Assembly (NCBI RefSeq): GCF_009914755.1
Contig: NC_060931.1
DNA: 64,000 nt
Source: the human T2T-CHM13v2.0 reference genome, Homo sapiens
Strand: one strand, 5' to 3'
This document shows, one piece after another, positions 1-12,200 of the stretch (position 1 is the first letter of the stretch; each line of letters starts with the position of its first letter). Position numbers and translations under genes: made by a program. A model generated the notes under the pieces. The model did not search any database, was not told the DNA's origin, and saw only the letters and a program-made list of their open reading frames with translations.

Positions 1-409
1 TGAATAGTTTTTCATTTTAGTGTTGTGTGGGAAGGATGATTGGTGGAAGATTCTATGTGGCCATCTTTCTCCACCTCCAGTCCAATCTCTGTGGCTAATT
101 TTTAATATGAAGTTTAAATTTTTAATAGTTCTTAAATAATTTTACTTTTACCACCCTGATTATAACTATAGTCTTACAGTATAAGGCTTTAAACCACTTG
201 CCTCTTATTTGAGAAAACAAATATTTGGCTTACTTGAAGATCTGCACATCCATGGTATTTCTAAGGAAACTATTACATCCTGATTTCTTCTTCTCATTAA
301 GACAAAAATCTTTATATCCCTGAAAAACAAGAAGGTTTATTATACCAAGGTAGATGTATCTTCCATGGATTTGCTATTCTCAAGTAATTTGCTATTAAAG
401 AATGTATTG

Positions 410-885
410 CTGAAGAACAATTGGCAGTATCTATCAAAATTTAAAATGTATCTCCTTTAATCCAGCAATTACACTTCATGCGTAAAGTAACATATGTACA
501 AGGAAATTCACTAAAGCATTGCTTGTACAAGCAAATTGGAAAAATAACTAAATGTCCTTCAATAGGGGAGTGATTCAATATATTATGGTATATCCACTTT
601 TATATGGACTGATCTGGAAAGACTTTTAATATATAGTAGTGAAGAAAAAAGGTACAAAATGGGGTTTATATTATGCTACCATTTATATTAAAAATCAGAA
701 TATGCATATATAGTTTCCAAAGGCATACTATTTCTCTAGAAACATATAGAAGAAACTGGTTAAAGTCTTGGCTCAGAGGAAAGGGCCTGGTAACCAGAGA
801 AGAGAAAAGGGATTGGGATTTACCTTTCACTGTTGATACACTTCACTTTGTGAATATTCTACCAAATGCATGCATTATCAATTAA
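410..885 (+). mobile_element. Old L1M (L1ME-like) 3' fragment
   Basis: Degenerate L1 3' motifs: ttggcagtatctatcaaaatttaaaatg, tccagcaatt, aactaaatgtccttcaatagggga, attatggtatatccac. Confidence 0.6.
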
Positions 886-3800
886 ATAACAAAAAAAGAA
901 TTTCAAAGGTACCATATTTTTATGTAAAAAGAATAAAATTCATATGTCCACGACAAAGTCTCAACTAGTCAGTTTTGCTAGGCTGCATACAAATTATGTG
1001 ACAAAAGATTAATCCCAGAAAATTGATCTCTGAACAGTTACTAGTCAGAAGTTCATGTTGTTGTATAAGAAAACTCTAAATTTTCATAACTTTATCAATT
1101 CTACTAATTTGGAATATAATGTATCCCAAAACTAGATCATATATACCTTCAAGTCATTGGTTATTTTTATTTTTTAATGCATCAAAAATATCTACTATTC
1201 TCAGATACAGTGGGAGGTCAAAATGTATTTATCGATTGTGCAAGAAATTAGTAATGGGGTTTAGAGTCTTTAGTAATCTCTGCTTCTAGCTGTGTGGAAT
1301 AAAAATGTAGTCATTTATTTCAGTGCCTGTGAATAAAACTTCTTTAAGCAATTGAGTGATCTTGAGAGTTATTAGTTATTAACAGGTTTTATTGAGTGTA
1401 CTCCTCAAATAGGCCTCTAGATATATTCATAAAACTATGAAATAAAGATGGAATTTTTGGTGTTAAGGTTTATAATGAAAGTCATCTAGAGGCAATTCAT
1501 AAAAGCAGGTATTGAATATAACCACACATGTACACCTACATCTAGTTTAGGAGCTCGTTTAGTTTAGAAAGAGGAATGAAATTCATGTTTCTCTTACCTT
1601 GGTGTGCTTATCTTCCTTAACACCCTCTCATTACTCTTCATCCTGTATAGGTACTTCTAATGATGCTCTGGAAATCTTGAAAGGTCTCAATAAATCCTTA
1701 TTGAAGAAAAGAATGTGTAGGGTCTATCCTTCCTTATGACTTACGGTTCCAGTAAGCACTTTAGGATATACCTTGAAGGGATTGATTTTTATGAATTGTT
1801 TTGCATGAGGCCTTTTATGACAATAGAAGAGGGAAAAAGTGCCAAAAGGGCTCTGGAAGGAAGGAAGAGAAAAGGAGAAAGTGCAGGGGATGATGTGATA
1901 TATAGCTATAGCCAAACATTCTAGGTGAGAAGGGATGTGCAGAAAAGAAGAATGAACACATGAAATGGTGCAGCCACACTTCTGTGAAAACGTTAGTGTC
2001 CTATGGTCCCAGTGGTCCTTTCTAGGGAAAACCTCAATGGCAAGAAATGTGGTGGAGCAGTGACGATGTCTTGCAGAGTTGGAATTGTTTGTGAATATAA
2101 TGGAGATTCATAGGACTCCCAGAAACCATTGATGCAAATCTACAGGAGCTGAAGTTTTAGTTGACAGGTAGAACAGAAATGAAATGAGCTATTATCATTA
2201 CTCTGTTCTCATCAAAATCATAGCATTGGTTGTTATAAATGTAGATAAGGCATATTAAAAACTTACATGAATGAATTCAGTAAAGAAATACAACCATGTG
2301 CATATATTCATGTCAACTAGCTATTTTTTCGGAATCAAAAAATATTATCTTGCTATTTTGGCATGTAGTCAGGATAAGCATACTGTTGTTTGATTAAGTG
2401 TTAAAGTTCACAATGAATAAATATCATCTTTGCAACTAAACTCCATGGTATTTTCTTACTAAGAATGTTTTTGTACTTACAAGAACAGATGTAGTGATAA
2501 AAGAATCCCAAGTTTTTCTAAGTCCTTCAATTAAAAAATTCTAAACCTAGAATATACATATGTGCATGTATTTATGTGTGTGTATGTGTGTGTATTCTTT
2601 TATCTATAAAATGGGAATAAGTAACATTTATAATATATGTTGAGTTCCTAAGTAAAATCATTTTCCAAATGTAAAATGAGTTGCTTTCAAAGCATTGGTG
2701 TATTTTTTATGTTTTTCTTATTTAATCATCAGAAATTCAATGTTTACTTGAATCATCAAAAAATTATTTCAGATGGCAACTGACATTTTCTCATATTAAA
2801 AAAAATAAATCCTTGAGTTGACAGACATCCAACAGTAGGAGGTAAGCCTTGAGCTGACAGTTGCTTCCTCATATGGACTTTTAATTACAGAGTCAGCATG
2901 CAAGCTTCAGAAGCCCCCAGGAGTCAGCAGCAAACATTGACTTGTGTGCAATACATTGCTAGAACTATAATAGGAAAAAGTGTGGCAATTAAATGTGGGT
3001 TTTAGTGAGGGCATTCAGTGTATGTATCTGTTCTAGGACCATGAGTCTTAATCTCATGTAGAAAAAAGGCTATCATTTTATCTATTCAGCTTTATCAGAA
3101 AATGGGTTGTTTTCCATAATTAAAATTTTATAATAATTGAGGCCTAGAATTTATTCACTGGGATATTTAAGCCATTTAGATATCTAAGCCACATCTTTTA
3201 AATGTATATTGGTATTTCCCTACCTTTTACACAGAGTATTTCGACCAAAATATAAACTTCTCTTACTCTGCTAAGTTCCAGTGATAAAGTTGAATTTTTG
3301 AGGTTTTATTGTGATTACAGTGAAACTCTAGTTTTTCCAGCTCTGCATCTTACATCAGCCATTCTTTCCCAACACTAGCATTTAGCACAACAGTCATGCT
3401 GGTCTTTCTAAAAGGCTGTTTTATGAAATCTAGGTACAAAGATGACTGAGTTTATTAGGGTAAATCAATTATTTCCTCATTATTTTAAATCAGTGGGCTT
3501 TTATATGAGGCTCAAAAGAAGACTTCTGTCTTCATGGACTCAGCATTTTATTATTGCCATTTTTCTAATCAAATCCCAAAATATTCGCAGAGCACCTGTT
3601 ATATGCCAGGAGTGAAGGATGTTGCCAAAGATGTGTCAATCGGATGAGAAAAATGCCGCTGAACTCAATACTTTGGGAAATAGGGAGTATGGGTTTTGCT
3701 ATTTCTCCCCAGGCTTTCCACATCCATGGGCACAGTCAAGAACTCTTATTTTCAAAGATTTTCTATTGTTTTCTGCATCAGCAGAAGATTATATATAACC

Positions 3801-4195
3801 TCTCCACACTTGCAATTTTAGAATCATCGTGTTTTCTGAGGTGTGTCACCCTTTACAAGTCCTTACACCCTCCTGGGTAAAGTCTTGAGCTGATTGTCTA
3901 AAGTATCTATATGTAAGGAAGCTTGTCTGTGAGATTCACATCTAAAGTCTTAGTTTTTCTGTCAAGTTTATCTCCTCCATATGCCTGCTAAAAAATAAAG
4001 TTCCTACAAAAACTTGGATAGATCACATTTAGGAAAATATATATGAATAGTAAATACATGAAAGCAGATAAGGAACTTTTGCACAATCAGCCTTAAATCT
4101 TTGATTGAATAAAGCAGTATCAACTAATATACAAACAGATACCCCTGATCCTACAGTTCCCCCTGACTCTTCCATTTTCCCTTTTAGGAAGACTC

Positions 4196-4336
4196 AGTGG
4201 TTCAAACCTTGGCTCCTTTTAGAAGCCCCACTCCAGCACAATTCAGTTAAAATTTCAAGGGTCCTCCTCTATTAATATTAAAAAAAATTAAGCCTTCCCA
4301 GGTGACTCTAATTTATGCCTGCGGTTGACACAACTG
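4196..4336. mobile_element. MER5-like hAT-Charlie DNA transposon fragment
   Basis: CAGTGGTTC start, cccaggtgactctaat core and ...acaactg end resemble MER5A/B. Confidence 0.45.
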
Positions 4337-6144
4337 AGTTAGATTGATTTAAAAGGGACGATAAATAGACACTGTTTTGGCAAAAGCCCATTCCAAACAG
4401 CCATCTGATATCTTACTTAATCTAATCTGAGATAAGTTCATTTAAACAGAAAGTTGAAACTAATATAATTTCAAATAATCTTTGGAATATGTGTAAAACA
4501 AAGGCAACATATCAGGAATACATTTTTCCTCCAAATGGGCTAATGATAGACTACAGAATTTGAGACAGTGTTTCATATTTTGACATTTCAGTAATGGCTA
4601 TTAATCATAGCCTTCTATTTTACTATCGAAAAATGCCATTTAAATACCATTTGTTAATTATAACATCTTTGGAAGTCTATTCATATGTAGTCTAAGAGTG
4701 AAAAAAGTTCATAAGCCTATCCTGAATTACACATCAAATTGAAAAACCTTTGCTAAAAGTAATATAGAACAGAAAAGACATTGTGCAAGGCACTAAAAGT
4801 ATGTGCTCTGAAGAGGAAAGTTGGTGAGCTACTTTCTATCTGTTTTGACTTTTTTTCTTTACAAAGTCTTCATATAATAAAAAGGATAATTTATTTAAAA
4901 AATTTCAGGAAAGTTACATTAATTCCTTTTGACTAACATAGAAACTTTAAATGAAAGTCTTATAACTGTCTCCTTTAAGATACCTAGAATTTCTCAAATA
5001 ATAAAATTTCAAAACTGTTGGAATTGATTAAAAAAATCACTTACTAGCTTTTTTTAAAAGAGAAATATGTACTTACATTTTTTTAAAAATCACTTTGTGA
5101 AACATTAGGATTATCCTGGGTATAGTTCGTTTAGTTTTTGATCAATTTTTTGGGACTGTTCTGTGTGAAATTCAAGTGGCTTCCAACATAAAAAAATAAC
5201 TAGAGACTGAGAGCACCCCAGATTTTCTCATGTGAACAGTAGTTAGCCTTACAATCTTCAAGATTGAAAGGAAGAGATGTGCTCAGGTGAACTTGGTAAT
5301 GAGGCTGTATCTTACAGACAAATGGGAAAGGGGGAATCTCAGGACACATCACAGCCACCTGAGTAACTGTCCTGCTGCCAGCACCTCCCACTGATCATCA
5401 TCTGTCATATAGAAATGGGGCACAGATTGGTTAAATAACCTGCCAATAAGTGTGGAGTCAGGAGTTTCATGGCCTGCCCTCATAACCACTGAAATTCACT
5501 GCTTCTCTGAGAAATATAATCAGATAACAGACAGGATACAGGGAGCCTAGAAAGCCCAAGTCAGAAATTGAACTTTGTAATTCACTTAGGAGCAAGGGAT
5601 GCCAAACTATGAAACTTTAGAATTTAATTTTGTGTCTTTGGACTTATTTATTTACCCTATCTAATGATACCCTATCTTATTTATTTTCCCTGAAATTATT
5701 CACTGCAAAGAAGAAAAAGAAAAGAAAGTGGTTACATTACAAATACGCTGTTATAAAGCACAGTTGAGTGAGAAGAAAATATTCCCAATTAGGACCAGAG
5801 TGGCCTGGAGGCAGAAGTGAATGGGTTCCTCCACATATCCTAAGACATCAGTAAGAAGAGCCTTTGCAGTCAACTCTGGATGGCAGAGTCTAAATCCAAA
5901 CTTCTGTTTGTACATTCAAGTTTAGGAATTCCAATGAGGTTGTTTTTGTTGTTTTGTTTTTGAGAAAATTGGCCCAATTTTTGACCAGCTGTGTCCAAGA
6001 GTAGAAATTTAAGGAGAAAGAGAAACATCTAAACAGATCTCTGGGGTGTGTAAGTGTGTTTTTCTGATGCATTATCATTTTGAATCCCCAGGTGACCCAG
6101 TTTTATTATGGCCATATTAAAATTTAAGATCTACAATTTTTTAA

Positions 6145-6475
6145 ATAATAAAATTATGTCTTTTGCAGCAACATAGATGGAGCTGAAGGCTATTTTCCTA
6201 AGTTAAATAACTCAGAAACAGAAAATAAAATACTGTGTATCCTTACTTACAAGTGGGAGCAAGATGATAGGTACATATAACCAAGCAGAGGGGACTAACA
6301 GACACTGGGGACCCCAAAAGGCGGGAGGATGAGAGAAGGGGGAGGGCTTCAAAATTACCTACTGGGTACGATTTTCGTTATTCAGGTGATGGTTACGCTA
6401 AAAGCCCAGAATTCGCCACTACGCAATATAAACTGCACATGTATCCTCTGAATATGAAAATAATAATAATATATG
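6145..6475 (+). mobile_element. L1 3' end fragment (L1PB/L1MA-type)
   Basis: tgtcttttgcagcaacatagatggagctg...aagtgggagc...ggtgatggttacgctaaaagcccaga...A-rich tail. Confidence 0.8.
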
Positions 6476-8187
6476 AATAGAATAAAAGGTCTATGATTTG
6501 AGTTGCCTACCTGCAACTTTGATTGAGTTGGTATCCTCTGACATCACATTTTCCAGGATGCTTGATTTATGGTTTTAAAAGAATGGAAGGCAACCACTTT
6601 AGAATAAGAAGATTATAAACTAGTCTGAAATAGGAATTACAACTACTATGAGAATGCAACCTGGAAACTGATGTGCTAAAGAATGGAAGAGAAAATTAAG
6701 CTTCCAGTAATCAATATAACTTTTGTCACACTTTCTAAAAGTTAAAAACTCAATTTTAAAATATCCTTAATGGTTTACTCCTTGAATATCCATCAAAACC
6801 TCTTCATAGACCTTCAATGTCAATCTCATCTTTGTTCTTCTGATTATCTAACTCCCTTTCTTTTAAAATGCATACTCTTGAATCTCTTTTGAAATGTAGT
6901 AGCCTTATGAGGTCTGTTCTCTTTTGGTTAAAGGCTCACCTTCCACTGTGGATTCTAAAAGCAATTCCTATGTGTATATGTGAGAGAACCTAAGGTTGAA
7001 CTGCACGCTCATATGTCAAGAAATATTTGGCAGTCCCCAGTCTCTGGCAGGTGCTCTCACTGTTTTCCAGAACACACACAAAAGCCATACTTCACATTTC
7101 CTAGTCTATTATATTTTTATTATTTTTCCCCACATAGCATAATTAGATTTAGGAAATGTTATGTGAGATATCCAGAATGAAATAGTATAAGAAACTCTAT
7201 TTCAAACTTGTAGGCTAGAAATAAGTTTTTTTCTTGCCTCCTTAGAACCATTGCATTTAAGAATTAGAATCCTTCCTGGAAAGGGAGCCAAGATCTCTAA
7301 AACTCATAAATAGATGGGACCTTTTTAATAGCTGAGACTAGGTCTCATGGAGACGGGGCTACCAAGATCAAGTAGGTTTGAGTACCACTGCTATAAGTTG
7401 TTTGCCCCCGGAAATTTCACAGGTATCATCACATCAGATGAGGGAAGAAGACTTTGCTTAACGGTGGGAAAAAGCAATGAATTACATTAGGTCTTATAGA
7501 TCTTGGGGGCTAAGCAGAGAGTTAACAGGATAGTTAGCAGTGTTCAGCATTAGGAAATATTTATGTCCACCCTGAGTTGTGTAAAAGAATGATCATCAAT
7601 CATAGAAAGAGCATAAAACAAGGGGTGTGGTTGCTGGGTTAACACACTGAAATCATATGTAGATATAGAGGAAAAGGTAGACACATGCCCTACGTATGTG
7701 CTTAGGATACATGGACAGGGTTCCAATTAGACAGATGGTATGAAGTGCAGTTTATTTTTTGATTTTTATTTTAGTTTCAGGTGTACATGTGCAGGTTTCC
7801 TATACAGGTAAATTGTATGTCATAAGGGTTTGGTGCACAGATTATTTAGTCACCCATGTAATAACCATAGTACCCAATAGGTAATTTTTCAATCTCAATC
7901 TCCTCTTATTCCCTAACCTCCACCCTCAAGTAGACCCTGGTGTCTATTGTTCCCTTCTTTGTATCCATGTGTACTCAATGTTTAGTTTTCATTTATAAAT
8001 GAGAACATGTAGTATTCAGGTATTTGGTTTTCTGTTCCTGGGCTAGTTGACCTAGTATAATGGCCTCCAGCTCCATCCACATTGCTTGCTGCAAAGGACA
8101 TGATCTCATTCTTTTTTATGGCTGCATAGAATTCTATGATATATATGTACCACATTTTCTTTATCCAGTCTATCTTTGATGGGCATT

Positions 8188-8287
8188 GATATGGTTTGCT
8201 TCTGCTTTCCCACCCAAATCTCATATCAAATTGTAATCCTCGGTGTTGCAAGTGAGGCCTGATAGGAGCTGGTTGGACCATGAGGTC
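8188..8287 (+). mobile_element. MST-type (ERVL-MaLR) LTR, 5' ~100 bp only
   Basis: TGATATGGTTTG...cccacccaaatctcatatcaaattgtaatcc is an MST/THE1 LTR start, truncated at a deletion junction. Confidence 0.8.
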
Positions 8288-8697
8288 AGACGAGATTAAC
8301 ACTGAAGGTCTATGAAGAGGTTTTGATGGATATTCTGGTTTTCTTTTCTTTTTTTTTTTTTTCCTGTAGCCCTGCAGTATAGTGTGAAGTCAAATAATGT
8401 GACACCTCCAGCTTTGTTCTTTTCACTTAGTATTGCTTTGGCTATTTAGGCTTTGTTTTGGTTTCATATGTATTTTGGAATAGTTTTTTTTTTCTAATTC
8501 TGTGAAGACTGCCATTAGTAGTTTCATAGGAATAGCACTGGATCTGTACATTGCTTTGGGAAGTGTGGCTATTTGAATAATATTGATTCTTCCTATCAAT
8601 GGGCATGCAAAGTTTTTCCATTCGTTTGTGTCATCTCTGATTTATTTCAGAAGTGTTTTGTTATTCTTGTTATAGAGATCTTTCACTTCCCTGCTTA

Positions 8698-9206
<509 letters not shown>

Positions 9207-12200
9207 GTTATATCATCTACAAACAGATATTTTGACTTCCTCTCTTCCTATTTGGATGCCTTTTATTTCTTTCTCTTGCCTGATTGCTCTGGCTAGGACT
9301 TCCAGTACTGTGTTGAATAGGAGAGGTGAGAGGGGACATCCTTGTCTTGTGCAAGTTTTCAAGGGGAATGCTTCCAGCTTTTGCCCATTCAGTATGATGT
9401 TGGCTGTGGGTTTGTCATAGGCAACTCTTATTATTTTGTTGTATGTTCCTTCAATGCCTAGTTTGTTAAGGGTTTTTAACATGAAGTGATGTTTAACATG
9501 AAGTGTACCTTATCAAAAGCCTATTCTATCTACTGAGATAATCATATGGTTTTTGTTTTTAATGCTGTTTATGTAATAGATCACATTTATTGGTTTGCAT
9601 CTGTTGTACCAATTTTGCATCCCAGAGATACAATCTACTTGATCTTGGCAGATTAGCTTTTTGATGTGCTGCAGGTTCTGTGCTCAGTTTGCTATTTTTT
9701 TGTTGAGGATTTTTGCATCTGTATTATCAAGGATATTGGCCTGAAATTTTCTTTTTTTGTTATGTGTCAGCTAGGTTTTAGTATTAGGATGATGCTGCCC
9801 TCATAGAATGAGCTGGGGATGAGTCCCTCATCCTCAATATTTTGGAATGGTTTCAGTAGGAATGTTATCAGCTTTTCTTTATACATCTGGTAGAATTTGG
9901 TTGTGAATCTATATAGTCCTGAACTTTTTCTTGTTGGTAGGCTTTTTATTACCAATTCAATTTTAGAACTAATTATTGGTCTGTTCAGAGTTCCCATTTA
10001 TTGTTGGTTCAGTCTTGAGAGGGTGTTATGTGTCCAGGAACTTATCCATTTCTTCCAAGTTTTCCAGCTTGTGTGCATAGAGGTGTTTGTAATAGTCTCT
10101 GAGGGATTTTTTTTTTTCAAATTTTTATATTACTGTGGGGATTGTGGTAATGTCACCTTTGTCAATTCTAATGGTGTTTATTTGGATCTTTTCTCTTTTT
10201 TCCTTTATTCTAGCTAGCAGTCTTTCAATTTTCTTCTTTCAAAAAACTCATTGCTGGATTCACTGACCTTTTGTATGGTTTTTCACATATGAATATCATT
10301 CAGTTCAGCTCTCATTCTGGTTATTTCTTGCCTTCTGCTAGGTTTGGGGTTGGTTTGCTCTTGTTTTACTAGTTTCTTAAAAAATGATGTTAGGTTTTTA
10401 CTTTGAGGTCTTTGTATCTTTTTGATGTGGGTGTTTAATTCTCTAACCTTTCATTTAGCACTGTGTTAGCTGTGTCCCAGATATTCTGGTATATTGTATC
10501 TTTGTTCTCATTAGTTTCAAACTTTTTTAAATTTCTTCCTTAATGTAATTATTTACCCAGAAGTCATTCAGGAGCAGATTGTTTAATTTCCAAAACGTAT
10601 GGCTTTAAATTATCTTCTTAATATTTATTTCCATTTTTATTGTGCTATGGTTTAAGAGTGTAATTGGTATGTTTTCTTTTCTTTTGAATTTGCTGAGAAC
10701 CGTTTTATGACCAATAGTAAGGTTGATTTTAGAGTATGTGCCATATGCAGATGAGAAGAATGTATATTCTGTTGTTTTGGGGTAGAGAGTTCTGCAGATG
10801 TCTGTTATGTCCATTTGGTCAAGGGTCAACTTCAGGTCCTGAATATCTTTGTTAGTTTTCTGCCTCAGTGATCTGTCTGTGACTGTCAGTGGTGTGTTGA
10901 AGTCTCCCATTGTTGTTAAGTGGTTATCTAAGTCTCTTTGTAGGTTTCTAAAAACTGTTTCATGAATCTGAGTGCTCCTGTGTTGGGTACATATATATTT
11001 ATGATAGTTATTTCTGTTGAATTGAAATTTTTACCATTATGTAATGCCCTTCTTCATCCTTTTATTGACTGTTGTTGCTTTAAAGTCTGTTTTATCTGAA
11101 GTTAGAATCACAGCTTCTGCTTGTTTCCTGTTTTCCATTTGCTTGGTAGATTTTTCTCCATCCATTTACTTTGAGCCTACAGGTGTTATTACATGTGAGA
11201 TGGCTCTCTTAAAGACAGTATACCATTGGGTCTTGCTTCTTTATCCAATGTGCTACCTTGTGGCTTTTAACTGTGGCATTTTGACTGTTTATCTTCCAGG
11301 TTAATATTGATATGTGTGGATTTGACCTGGTCATTGTCTTGTTAGCTGGTTATTAGGAAGACTTAATTGTGTAGTTGCTTGATGGTCTGTGTACTTACAT
11401 GTGTTTTTGTGATGGCTGGGAACAGTCTTTAATTTCCATATTTAGCACTCCCTTAAGGATTTCTTGTAAGGCAGGTTTGTGGTAATGAATTCCCTTAGCA
11501 TTTACTTGTTTGAAAAAGATCTTATTTCTCCTTCACTTATGAAGTGTAGTTTGGCTGGATAAGAAAGTCTTAGTTGGAATTTCTTTTAAGAATGCTGTAT
11601 ATAGTCCCCTCTGGATTGTAGGGTTTCTGCTGAAAGGTCCACTGTTATCCTGATGGGATTCTCTTTGTAGGTGACCTGCCTCTTTTCTCTAGCTGCTGTT
11701 AATATTTTTTATTTCATGTCAACCTTGGATAACCTGATGACTATTTGTCTTGGGGATGGTTGTCTTCTATGGTGTCTCACAGGGGTTCTCTGAATTTCCT
11801 AGATTTGAATGTTGACCTCTCTAGCAAGCTTAGGAAAATTTGCATGGATTATATCCTCAAGTGTGTTTTCCAAGTTGCTTGCTTTCTTTCCCTCTCTTTC
11901 AGGGATGCCACTGAGTTGTAGAATTGGTCTCTTTACATAATCTCATATTTCTTAGAGGTTTTGTTATTCTTTTTTATTTTTGTCTGACTGAATAAATTTA
12001 AAGAACTGTTTTTGGAGCTCTGAGATTCTGTCTTCATTTTAGTCTATTCTGCTGTTAATATTTACAATCATATTATGATATTCTTGTAGTGTGTTTTTTG
12101 GCTTTATCAGATCAGTTTGGTTCCTTCTTAACATGACCATTTCATCCTTTCAGCTCCTGTAACATTTTATTGTATTCCTTTGATTTCTTGGATTGGGTTT

